64,000 bases of DNA. It comes from Octopus sinensis. Its lineage: Eukaryota. Below the pieces are notes generated by a model, which searched no databases, had not been told where the DNA came from, and saw only the letters and a program-made list of their open reading frames with translations. The translations under genes and the position numbers were made by a program. The DNA lies in assembly GCF_006345805.1 (NCBI RefSeq), contig NC_042999.1, forward strand, positions 124,124,001 through 124,188,000. Direction: 5' to 3'. Positions within the stretch are counted from its first letter, which is position 1, and each line of letters opens with the position of its first letter. Shown piece by piece: positions 1 through 12,047 of this stretch.

Positions 1-130
1 CTTCAGTCTGATTTGGCTTGGTTTCTACAGCTGGATGCCCTTCCTAATACCAACCATTTTACAGAGTGCGCTGGGTGCTTCATTTAACATGGACCATCAT
101 AAGTGCTTTTGATATGGACTAGCATGGATG
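1..130 (-). mobile_element. Fragment of RTE-LINE 3'UTR-related repeat
   Basis: 'tttctacagctggatgcccttcctaataccaaccattttacagagtgcgctgggtgct' matches the 3'UTR of the RTE LINE at 45530-45590. Confidence 0.7.
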
Positions 131-599
131 CTTTTAACGCAGACTGGTACAATTACAATATAAAAAGACTAGCAATAGGTTCCTTGGCCTGTAAATCCCC
201 TACGTAATTGCCTAGTGCACACAAGCTTCAAAATGGCATGGAGGTGAGTGCAACAGGGGTGCATTAAGGGGCTCTTGGTACAAAACATGATAATTCAGAG
301 GAACAGGGTATTTGTATTAACGTTACAAGAGACAGAGAAAAGAAACAATGTGTCTATTGCAGTGTATCGGTGGCTGAATCTTTGCCAATAATGTTCTTTT
401 CGATGCAATCTGGAATGTATGTATGTGCAGCAACAAGCATTGTCCTAGTTATGGGAGCAGTGCAGCAATGTGGGTCACATGACCCCTGTAGAGAAGTAGA
501 AACAGATTAGATAAACACTCAAAAACAAAAATTAAAAATGCATTAAGAATATGTATAGAGTTATGTCTATATTTATATGTATATATCTATGCATACACA

Positions 600-622
600 T
601 ATGTATAAATGATTATTAGTAT

Positions 623-659
<37 letters not shown>

Positions 660-725
660 GAAAGTATGTATCAAATTATGCAGGAATATGAAAGGATATA
701 TACATACATACATACATACATATAT

Positions 726-790
<65 letters not shown>

Positions 791-830
791 TACACACATA
801 CGTGCACACATATATACACAAACATACTTT
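600..830. repeat. (TA)n/(TACA)n microsatellite
   Basis: Direct inspection; explains ORF 658-861. Confidence 0.95.
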
Positions 831-879
831 CACTCAGCAAATAGAAGGGAGATTTTTATGATTTGACTGATTTGACTGT

Positions 880-1050
880 ACAAGTGGTGGTGGTGGTGGT
901 GGTGGTGGTGATGGTGGTATTATAGGAAGAGGAGAAGAGGTGGTGGAGGGGGAGGAGGGGAGGGGAGGAGAAGAGGAGGAGGAGGTGGTGGTGGTGGAGG
1001 GGGGGGAGGAGGAAGGGGAGGCAAACAAACAAACAAACAAACAAACAAAT
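880..1050. repeat. (GGT)n/(GGA)n G-rich tract plus (AAAC)n
   Basis: Direct inspection; explains poly-P/S/T ORFs on the minus strand. Confidence 0.9.
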
Positions 1051-1394
1051 AAGTAACTAAAAATGTACAACATGACAGCACTGAAAAATTGCAACAATTA
1101 ACAGTTCTTAGGAAAGCAAACACTCCTTATTTTTACCTACCTCTCTTCGTACCCAATTCTTCAAACAGTAGAGCATTCCTTATCGATTCTCACACCACAC
1201 TTGCCACATCTTTGAATATTCTTCAAATAATATCCGACAGCCAAATACAATAAATCAATATCATATATATAAATCATTAATGTAAGGAATATGCAAATTA
1301 GATTATTATTTTGTTTCTGTTTTTTGTCTTTTTGTGTCCTTTATTTTCCTATGTTTTTTTTTTTATTTTTCATTGTAAAACGGAAACATTCAAG

Positions 1395-1469
1395 ATAACA
1401 ATAACAACAACAGCAGCAGCAATACCAACAACAACAACAGCAACCAAAACAACAACAACAATGATAATG

Positions 1470-1516
<47 letters not shown>

Positions 1517-1613
1517 GATGATGATGATGATAATAATAAGAAGAATGATAATGATAATAACAACAACAACAACAACCAAAACAATAACAACAATGATAAT
1601 AATAATAATAATA

Positions 1614-1655
<42 letters not shown>

Positions 1656-1710
1656 TAATAACAACAACAACAACAATAAGAATAACAACAACAATAATAA
1701 CAATTATAAA
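1395..1710. repeat. (AAC)n/(AAT)n/(GAT)n compound trinucleotide repeat
   Basis: Direct inspection. Confidence 0.95.
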
Positions 1711-2379
1711 ACAGAAAAAAACAAAAAGACATAACACAAATATAACACATGAAATAAATAAAATTTAACAATTATCTGATTTTGTTTTCATTCCTTCCCC
1801 TGATCTATTTTTATAAGTGAGAAAATTATTTTTATAGCTTTCTTGATTATAGCACGCTATTCTAATACTTACTTTATTTTATAATTTACTCGGTTAATGG
1901 AAAATACTGTGCAAAGTGCAATATAGACACAGAAATGTACACACACATACACACACACACGCACACACACATATATACATGCACATATACATGCATGCAT
2001 AATACATACATACATACATACATCATACATACATACATACATATATATATATATGTATAGATATGTCTACATATGTTTATATACATAAATATATATGTAT
2101 GCATATATGCACATATGTGTATGTCTATGTATATTTGTGTGTCTGTATTAACAAATTGACTTAGAATTGCTTTGCTTAAAGTTTCGAAGGACTGAGGAAA
2201 ATGTTCCTGATCATTCGGATAAATAGTGCTGAGTCTGTCAGTCTCTCTCTCTTTCTCTCTCTCTCTCTCTTCCACCCTCTCTCCCTCTCTTCCATCCTTT
2301 CTCCCTCTCTTTTTGTATATGTGTATATGTCTGTTTATATATGTTTATATATATATATATATGTATGTATATATATGTA

Positions 2380-2642
2380 GTCCACAATGTTAAGTGGTTG
2401 GCATTTGGAAGGGCATCCAGCTGTAAAAATCATGCCAAAACTAACCTTGCCTGTGCTAGTGCCATGTAAGAAGCTCTGAGCCTACTCTGCAGAGTGATTC
2501 ATGTTAGGAAGAACATCCATCCATAAGACCCCTGCCAAAGCAGACACAGTAGCCTGGGGTAGTTTTCTACCTGCCCGGCTCCAGTCAACCAACCTACCCG
2601 TGCATGCATGGAAGGCAGATGTTAAACGATGATGATGATGAT
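2380..2642 (+). mobile_element. RTE-tail-related interspersed repeat ending in (GAT)n
   Basis: 'ggaagggcatccagctgtaaaa...catgcatggaaggcagatgttaaacgatgatgatgatg' is the sense form of the RTE 3' end at 45411-45590. Confidence 0.75.
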
Positions 2643-2699
2643 GTAGATATATGTATATACATACATACATATATACATGTATACATATACAGTATATAT

Positions 2700-2782
<83 letters not shown>

Positions 2783-2785
<3 letters not shown>

Positions 2786-2905
2786 TTTATTTAAAAGCAG
2801 CAGAAATATAAGAAAAGCTGTTACTCAGAGTTTCACGTTCCCTTTCATCGGTATTTGAGTACTCTTTTTTCCACCTTGTTTCACATTTATGTGCTTACTC
2901 CGATA
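2783..2905 (-). mobile_element. Short TA-flanked repeat with hammerhead-like motif (family 3, 2818-2851)
   Basis: Minus strand CCGATGA-AAG-GGAA-CGT-GAA-ACTCTGAGT-A-ACAG; sister copy at 60143-60180. Confidence 0.5.
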
Positions 2906-3499
2906 TATATACATGTGTATTTATGTATACTGATATCTTATAAATAACAACTATTCATCAAACTCATGCCAGCATAGAAAAAATAAAGAGGACATAAAAT
3001 GAAAGATTGGATGAATGAACATCAGTAAACCCCAATCAGATGAAACAGAATCCTACAACCGTTGTATTTAGGCATATAAGTGCAAATGTGGATGCAGGCA
3101 TATGTGCATGTGTATATGTGTGTGCATTTGAAAATTTATTTGTGAGCATGTGTCTATCATTGTTGAAAGTAAACTAGGAGGGTTGGTGAAGTATTGTTGT
3201 ACAGTATTTCTTCACAAAAGTGCTTATTGCTTTCAGGCTTGCAAATGAAATTTAATTGCACCTTTCAGAAAAACCTTCAGCAGATGTATTTGAAGTATTC
3301 GGCCCTGAATTCACACAATCTTCACTAAGAAAGTTATTGATGACAGGTGGACAATGAAATGTCTCATTAATGGTCAAGCTTTCATAAATATGCATTATAT
3401 CTGTCCATCTCTCTCTCTCTTCCACCCTCTCTCCCTCTCTTCCATCCTTTCTCCCTCTCTTTTTGTATATGTGTATATGTCTGTTTATATATGTTTATA

Positions 3500-3510
3500 T
3501 ATATATATAT

Positions 3511-3565
<55 letters not shown>

Positions 3566-3804
3566 CATACATATATACATGTAAACATAAACACACATAT
3601 ACACACACATATCATACATACATATGCACATACACTCGTACATACCTACATGCATACATATATATGCACATACATATATACCTACACTCATACATAAATG
3701 TATGCATACACACACATACATGCATGCATACGTACGTGTGTACATACATACATACATACATACATACATACATACATACATACATACATACATACATACA
3801 TACA

Positions 3805-3835
<31 letters not shown>
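3500..3835. repeat. (TA)n/(CA)n/(TACA)n microsatellite block
   Basis: Direct inspection. Confidence 0.95.
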
Positions 3836-4111
3836 GTGTGTACTTATCTGAGTCAAGTATGGAAAGACTAGAAGGAACTCAACAGAAGAAATATACCAAG
3901 TAGCTTAGACCTTAGGTGTTCTCAGTAGACCTAAATGTTTCACTAATAGTCTATGGCATCTATGGTGCAAGGTTTTTCCAGTTTGCAAACCAACATACAG
4001 GAGAAAAGTCAAAAGGATGTGTGGAAGGGTTTGCATATGGAATGATAACAAGTTACATGCTATCACTGACATTGAAAAGAAAGAGCCAGGAAAGTTTTTT
4101 TTTTTACATAT

Positions 4112-4492
4112 AGGCGAAGGAGTGGCTGTGTGGTAAGTAGCTTGCTTACCAGCCACATGGTTCCAGGTTCAGTCCCACTGCATGGTACCTTGGGCAAGTG
4201 TCTTCTACTATAGCCTTGGGCTGACCAAAGCCTTGTGAGTGGATTTGGTAGACAGAAACTGAAAGAAGCCCGTCATATATATGTATGTATGTTTGTGTCT
4301 GTGTTTGTCCCCCCAACATTGCTTGACAACCGATGCTGGTGTATTTGTGTCCCCATAACTTAGCGGTTCCACAAAAGAGACAGATAGAATATGTACTAGG
4401 CTTACAAAGAATAAGTCCTGGTGTCGATTTGCTCAACTAAAGGCAGTGCTCCAGCATGGCTGCAGTCAAATGACTGAAACAAGTAACAGAGT
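4112..4492 (+). mobile_element. tRNA-derived SINE family A (CORE-like 'accttgggcaagtg' segment), near full length
   Basis: A-box-like 'tggctgtgtggta', B-box-like 'ggttcagtccc'; many homologous copies in window. Confidence 0.85.
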
Positions 4493-4519
4493 ACATATAT
4501 TTATATATATATATATATA

Positions 4520-4690
4520 AAGGGAAAGTTTACGAAAATAAACAAAAGACGAAGGCAGGTGGTGTACAAACAAACAAATGTATTAGTATAGCGCTCAGGA
4601 ATAGAAAAAGTCTTTTACGTTTCGAGCCTACGCTCTTCTACAGAAAGATACACAGAAAAAAACAAGGAGAAAAACAAGGATAGAAAAAAA
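4520..4690 (-). mobile_element. Penelope-like terminal-repeat-derived short element (family 1)
   Basis: Homologous to 12671-12850, 25700-25770 and 44370-44557; starts at a (TA)n tract; carries hammerhead-like motif. Confidence 0.65.
4611..4648 (-). ncRNA. Minimal type-I hammerhead-ribozyme-like motif (atypical core CUGUAGA)
   Basis: Minus strand TCTTT-CTGTAGA-A-GAGC-GTAG-GCTC-GAA-ACGT-A-AAAGA: 5-bp stem I, 4-bp stem II, palindromic stem III, GUA site. Confidence 0.55.
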
Positions 4691-6297
4691 TAAGAATATC
4701 CTGGAGTCTGTGGGAAAACCCATTTAAATAAAAGGGATCCTTGGCAGTGAAAAGGTTGGGAAGCACAACATGAAAGCAATGACTGAGATAACCATATCCA
4801 ACAATACAATTACTATAGTTTCTGATTGACTCTTGTAGGTAGTTATTTCTCTATCACAGCAAGTTTATTTGTGAATATCTGATTAAAAAGAGAATGCCCA
4901 ATATATATCCCTCATTGTTATGATACTAGGTTTGTCATCAAGTCAATAGTACAAGTAACATTTAACTGGTATTCATCAGATAGATTTCCCAAAAGTCTAG
5001 TAATGGTTTAAAGATGAATTTGGGAAGATCCATGAGAATGAAGTCTTCTATGATGTATATTGCTTTCATTTCAATTTTGTCCAGAATCTTCAGGCAGACT
5101 GAAGATTCACTTTCATGTCTGAAATTCTAATTTATTAACACATTCTACCAGAGCAGTCATGCATAAAAAAAAATATTAGTAATCAACACTGCTAAAATAT
5201 GAAAGAAAAAATTTCATTTATCGTAACTAACTGAACAACTGTTGGGTTGGTGGTACTATAGCACAGAAAGAAGATGGAAGGCAATAAAATATGATGAAAT
5301 TCAATACAAAAGTCGTTGCTTATTTTGTTTTTATTGATTAGAAATATTCAAAAAATTGCTTTGTAAGAGTTGATTAAAAACAATAACACAGCGAAGGTTA
5401 AAAAATAAATAAATAAGAACAAAAACACTAAAACATTTCTCACTAATAAATAGTTGGCCACAAATATATAAGAATTTTCATCTTATGAAAAGGGAACTAC
5501 TACATTAGATTGTCTGTACTGCTGTGTATATGTAAATTTGAGATATAAAAATATAATTGCATGCCAACAAGTGATCAAGTTGAGTTGAAAATTTTCATGA
5601 GTGATGGTAATGGTAGTGGTATTCAGATGTACTTTCTGAAATCAGCTCTCTTAACCATTAGAAGTTCCTAAAGGAATCGTCTAAAAAAATAATATAGCTA
5701 TATTTTGGTGGGGGGAGCGGGGTGGGGGTTGGCTGTTGGTGTTTTTTTTTTCCTTCTGTGTTCTCATCTAAGCAAGTTTTGTTTAATTTTATACTCCAGA
5801 GAAGAAGAACAGTGGTTATCACCTGCATGAATAATCATGAAGAGAAAGTGTGTTATAACTGAGGTCAGTGACATTGATTTTGTGTTGTAAGGGTTAAAGT
5901 TTAATAATTAATTGAAACACATGCCAAGGCAGAAAGTTTCAGTTCAATGGAGTGAAAACTGTGCAAAATACTTAAAGTGGCATTTAGAAAGAGAGAAAAT
6001 GAAAAACCGTTGAGTGGCAAGTTTGGCACAGAAAATAGTTTATATAAGCAAAATCAGAAGACACGGGGTCATTGTAACACAGTACAGTAACCATATAAAG
6101 AGCACTGGTAAATTAAGAGTCAATGACTAAAAGTACTTTGTAATAATGGCTTTTACCTGTCACATGTGTGTTTTGACCACATGTATAATCTAATATTTAG
6201 TTGATGGTGGCTCAAAGATGACAACAAAACAATCAGTGTTCTTGAAGGTGATATCCATGCACCACCCATTATGGGAGTAATATATTGGTGAAATATT

Positions 6298-6495
6298 AGG
6301 CAGTGAGCTGGCAGAATCTTTAGCATGCCAGGCAAAATGCTAAGTGGTGTTTCATCTGTTTTTATGTTCTGTGTTCAAACTCCATTTCATCTTTTGTGGG
6401 TTAAGACAAGTACCAGTTAAGCACTGGGGTCAATGTAATCAACTTACTCCCATCCTGAACTTACTGGCCTTGTGCCAAAATTTGAAATCAGTATT
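6298..6495 (+). mobile_element. SINE family B (degenerate)
   Basis: 'gtgagctggcagaatctttagcatgccaggcaaaatgc...aagtaccagttaagcactggggtcaatgtaatcaact' homologous to 24146-24378. Confidence 0.8.
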
Positions 6496-6599
6496 TCAGT
6501 GGGTTACTTCAGCATGTAACATAAGTAAGTCTCAGGTGAATAAATCTTGCAATAAAGTTTAATCAAACTTCTTCTCTGTAATGCATGCACGTATGTATG

Positions 6600-7020
6600 T
6601 TCAAGATTTCTTGCCAATAGAGGAAAAGCCAGTTTCTAATCTAGATCCAAGGCTCCTTCATTGTAATTTCAACAACACCAACAGGGTATTTTTCTATGTA
6701 TGTATGTATTATGTATGTATGTATGTATGTATGTATGTATGTATGTATGTATGTATGTATGTATGTATGTATGATGTATGTATGTATGCATGCATGTATG
6801 TATGTATGTATGTATGTATGTATGTATGTATGTATGTATGTATGTATGTGTATGTGCAGATATGTATGTTTGGTTTTATGTGTGTATTCCCATGCATATA
6901 GTTGCATGTCTAGACATGCTCATATATACTTAAATGATAAACTTCAGGAAAGTTCTACAGAGATTTACAGTTCCAGTGATGGCTTGAATCTGTAGTCTTT
7001 GAATCAACTTTGTATATAAG
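6600..7020 (-). mobile_element. 3' end of R4/Dong-like RLE non-LTR retroelement, copy 1
   Basis: Clearly homologous to 7025-7300; minus strand 'RKLIQRLQ..ITGTV' C-terminus plus 3'UTR with internal (ACAT)n. Confidence 0.7.
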
Positions 7021-7024
7021 TATG

Positions 7025-7545
7025 ACATTATTCAGTTTTATTTCAAGATTTCTTGCCAATAGAGAAAGAGCTAGTTTCTAACCTAGATTCAAGTCTCCTT
7101 CATTGGAATTTCGACATCAACAACAAGGTATTTTTGTTTATATGTATGTATGTGTGCAGATTTGTATATTTTGCTTTATGTATGCATTCTCATGCATTTA
7201 GTTGCATAGCTAGATATGCTCATATATATTTAAATGATAGACTACTGGAAAATTTTACAGATTTTTACAGTTCCAGTGATGGATTAGATCTGTAGTCTTC
7301 AAATTAGCTTCCTCCTTTCTGGATTTGAGAAGCCTAATTTCTCAACATTAGTATTTGGGCAGTGTCATACATATCCCGGGGCCCCAATAATTACAGATAT
7401 AAACCTGAACTTGTAATATGGATAGAGTAACTGCAGATTTCTAAATAGTTCAGCATAAGTGTTCTCTTTTTCACTATCTCCAGCTTTATGTTAAAATCTG
7501 CTGGGCAACTAATTGTCACAAATGTGCAGTTTCATATGTAAGTAT
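7025..7545 (-). mobile_element. 3' end of R4/Dong-like RLE non-LTR retroelement, copy 2 (pseudogenised endonuclease C-terminus)
   Basis: Minus translation 'SEKENTYAELFRNLQLLYPYYKFRFISVIIGAPGYV*HCPNTNVEKLGFSNPERRKLI*RLQI*SITGTVKICKIF', typical RLE C-terminal region (viIGAlG motif); flanked by (TATG)n. Confidence 0.7.
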
Positions 7546-7769
7546 GTATGTAAGTATGTATGTATGTATGTATGTATGTATGTATGTATGTATGTATGTA
7601 TGTATGTATGTATGTATGTACGTATGTATGTATTTTTCTTCTTTTCCTATGTTACTCAACTACATTAGAAACCAATCTTAAAACTCAATAAATTCTCTGA
7701 AAGTAGTTTCTGACACATAAAAAACACTCACACTGGTGACATGTAAAGGATACCCAATACACTCTGAGA

Positions 7770-7950
7770 AATTGTCGGTATTAAGAAGGGCATCCAGCTG
7801 TAGAAACCAAGCTGAAACAGAGAGGAGCCTGATCCTGTTGTCAGGCTTACTAGCCCCAGTCAAACCGTCTTACTCATGCCAACAGGAAAAACGTATGCTA
7901 AATGACAATGATGATGATGATGACGACGAGGACAATGAAGATGATGATGA
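7770..7950 (+). mobile_element. RTE-tail-related repeat ending in (GAT)n
   Basis: 'gaagggcatccagctgtagaaacc...catgccaacaggaaaaacgtatgctaaatgacaatgatgat'. Confidence 0.7.
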
Positions 7951-8354
7951 TGATGATGATGATGATGTTTTTCAACTTTATCACATAAAATTGATTTCAA
8001 GTTAACAGTGATACACTACCTGGTCACTCAACCTGCTAATAACAGCAGTCAAATTTATTTTGAATCACATTTCTACCATCTTCATAAAGGACACATTGGA
8101 TGATGTAACCTTACGTATACAAAATGTTTAGATGATGATCATGGCTGAAATATATTCAAGTATAGGGTCTGCTTGATCAAAGTTGACTTTGGGTTCTATA
8201 AAAATGATTTTGAAAATCAAGTCCTTCTCTAAAATATATTTCCAATTTTTGATTTTTTGTCCATTAATCATTGACCTTACTTGAACTACATAACCATAAT
8301 ACGAATATGTGTGTGTGTAAGTTTGTGTCAGAGTAAGCATACATATATAGCTGT

Positions 8355-8430
<76 letters not shown>

Positions 8431-8940
8431 TCTGTACCTATATACTTGTGGGATCTATGTGCATCTGTGTAGGTGTATGTGTGATTGTGTGTGTTAAAGT
8501 CAGCATATACATGTATATATATGTACATCTATGTCTATATGCATGTGTGATGAATATGTTTGTATGTGTGTATGTGTGTATGTGTACATATATATATATA
8601 TATGCTTCAGAACTATGTTGTTAATCTATACTTAATGTTCCCTTAACTGGTACTGAAAGAGGAATGTAGAAACACACATATAAAATACATGCCAATAATT
8701 AAATCCCACTAAAATACATACATGTACATGAAGAGATTTGCATGTACATGCACTCACTCATATGATAAGTGTGTGTGTGTGTATGTATATATATATATAT
8801 ATATGTGTGTGTATGTGTTTGTATGTATGTATATATATATAATACATACAATATATATCATACATATAATATATATATAATATATATATATTTATATATA
8901 TATATATAATATATATAATATATAACATATATAATATATA

Positions 8941-8947
8941 ACATCTA

Positions 8948-8978
<31 letters not shown>

Positions 8979-9606
8979 AACACACACACAAACATACACA
9001 AACATATACATATGCACAATTTCACATTCTCCTTATAATTTCATGTTCAGCAATGAATTCATTCACGAAATACACACAAAAAAAAAAAAAAAATCCATGA
9101 ATGACTTAATATAATGACGCTCCATGTCTGTTCTTCTTAACTTTTAAAAAACATTAATTCATGTTTTATATAGCCTCCAGGGAGAGAAAAAGAGAAAAAT
9201 AAGGAAACAGGTTAAGAGAGAGAAAGAGATAAAGAAAGAGCGAGAGAGAGAGAAAGAGAGAAACAAAATAAAATACCATTACATAATACTCAATGCTATG
9301 AAGTAGTATTATATCAAGAGATTGATTCAACATCTCCTTACTGGCTTACAAACATTAGATAATCTCCTACATGCTCCAGTACATATATACATTATATGCA
9401 TAATACATATATATATATATATATATAATAATATATATATATACACACAAATACATATATACATACACACACATGTATATATATATTTGAATATAGATAT
9501 ACATATATACATATAATGTATGCATGTATGTATATATATGTATACCTATATATATATATATATGCTTATATATACTGATATATATATATATGTATATATA
9601 TGTGCA

Positions 9607-9655
<49 letters not shown>

Positions 9656-10312
9656 CATCTAACACACACACACACACACACACACATACAAACACACACA
9701 CAACATACACAAACATATACATATGCACAATTTCACATTCTCCTTATAATTTCATGTTCAGCAATGAATTCATTCACGAAATACACACAAAAAAAAAAAA
9801 AAAATCCATGAATGACTTAATATAATGACGCTCCATGTCTGTTCTTCTTAACTTTTAAAAAACATTAATTCATGTTTTATATAGCCTCCAGGGAGAGAAA
9901 AAGAGAAAAATAAGGAAACAGGTTAAGAGAGAGAAAGAGATAAAGAAAGAGCGAGAGAGAGAGAAAGAGAGAAACAAAATAAAATACCATTACATAATAC
10001 TCAATGCTATGAAGTAGTATTATATCAAGAGATTGATTCAACATCTCCTTACTGGCTTACAAACATTAGATAATCTCCTACATGCTCCAGTACATATATA
10101 CATTATATGCATAATACATATATATATATATATATATAATATATATATATATACACACAAATACATATATACATACACACACATGTATATATATATTTGA
10201 ATATAGATATACATATATACATATAATGTATGCATGTATGTATATATATGTATACCTATATATATATATATGCTTATATATACTGATATATATATATGTA
10301 TATATATGTGCA

Positions 10313-10345
<33 letters not shown>
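8941..10345 (+). repeat. ~714-bp tandem duplication, two near-identical units
   Basis: Unit 1 8941-9654 and unit 2 from 9655; non-microsatellite parts appear identical. Confidence 0.9.
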
Positions 10346-10386
<41 letters not shown>

Positions 10387-10739
10387 ATATATATATATAT
10401 ATATAATATAAACACATATATATACATACATACATAGATACATACATACATACATATACATATACACACACGCACACACATACATATATATATAACACAC
10501 ATATATCTATATATACATATACATATATATACATACATACATAGATACATACATACATACATATACATATACACACACGCACACACATACATATATATAT
10601 ACACACACAATCACATACACATTCAGTAGCAATGCATTTACAGTTGTTGTACAATCAATATATCAACCAGGCACGCATTTTTGCATTTTTGCACAATTTG
10701 ATAGTTTATGCAGCTGCATATATTTAGAAGAAACTATGC

Positions 10740-11165
10740 TGAATACTGCATTGAAAGCAGCAGAGAATTATGCCAGGTTGCTAGGAGAGATGCTAGGCAT
10801 CGGGTTTACATAACACAATGGGAGATGTAGAAAGTAAGAGGTTTACCAATGTACTACAGGATGAGGGTCAAAGATGTGATGTGTACCAGATTGCAAGACA
10901 CTGTATCAGAGAGAATCAAGATGCTGGGAGGGAGAATAATGGTGCACTTGCACTTAGTGATTCTGATACAAAAAAAAAAAAAACGAGGCATGGAAATGCA
11001 ACTATGAAGGTTACTAAATGCGCAAAATGCATAGGAGAAAGAGTATCTTCCCAAAGTGGATCCAACAGATAGACTAATTATTGTAGCAAACAGCATATGG
11101 TAGATAAAGCAATTAAGATTATCTAGGCAGTGAAAGCCCTTCATTCATCAGGAATCACCACCCAA
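10740..11165 (+). mobile_element. Degenerate RTE-clade LINE fragment (region upstream of RT)
   Basis: 'DVYQIARHCIRENQD..ALSDS...AWKCNYERLLNAQNA*EKEYLPKVDPT...VDKAIK...SGIT' ends collinear with 'IDSSVVAKAIRSMKTGKAPGPSGIT' of the RTE at 47.6 kb. Confidence 0.75.
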
Positions 11166-11589
11166 ATATCAACAAACGGAGACCAGCCATAAAGAACAGG
11201 AAAGAAATACATGAAGCAAAATGATTACTATAGCAACACTATTTTATGCAAGTTACATTTTTCTTTCCTTCCCAGATATCTAAATAATGATCTTTTCTAT
11301 CCCTCACTTTTCTGAATGACCTGAGAAAGAGGTCTTATCCCCAAAATATAGAAATATAAGGTAATATTACAACTTCATTTTGTTTTGCTTTTGTAATTTA
11401 CTTCGTATCACCTTGCATTCTTCTGGCCTAGCACAACAAAATTCTCTCTAATATATGTGTGTGTGTGTGTATGTGTGTGTGTGTGTATGTATATATGTAT
11501 GTATGTGTGTATATATATATATATATATTCACACACATATATATAAAATAACAAAGGCAGTTATATGCAATATAAAACTAAAAAGGAAA

Positions 11590-11924
11590 AATTCAATTGT
11601 TACTAATTGTAACTGATGGTGCTAGGTAACACCTATATTGCAAGAAATAAGAGTTAAAAACCCTTAGAACCACAAGAAAGCACATTTTCATATTCTGACA
11701 GTGCCAGCCAAACCATCCAGCGATAGAGTAGTCACTACAGATGAGCTTGTAATTTTCAGGTGGAACTAGTCTATTATAGTGAACTAGTTTCATTGCGGAG
11801 TGGTTATCTCCCCTGTTAGTATATGAAAATGTGCTTTCTTGTGGCTCTAAGGGTTTTTAACTTTTATTTCTAGCAATGTAGGTGCTACCTGGCACTCTTA
11901 GTCACAATTAGTGACAATGGAATT
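11590..11924. mobile_element. MITE-like element with ~112-bp terminal inverted repeats
   Basis: 11590-11701 is the reverse complement (with scattered mismatches) of 11813-11924; ~110-bp spacer, no ORF. Confidence 0.75.
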
Positions 11925-12004
11925 AAATGTGTGTGTGTGTGCATATATATATATATGACAATTTCTTGTTAAGTTTTCCTTATTAAGTAGTTGTCCTTAA
12001 TTGC

Positions 12005-12047
<43 letters not shown>

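Noticed and set aside
658-3903. Many ORFs rich in YI, MYVC, HT, poly-I/L/T (and the equivalents throughout the window)
   Set aside because: They are translations of (TA)n, (TATG)n, (CA)n and (AAT)n microsatellites.
6581-7295. Paired plus-strand ORFs ending YSSSDGLxL that looked like duplicated exons
   Set aside because: They are the antisense of RLE retroelement 3' ends.
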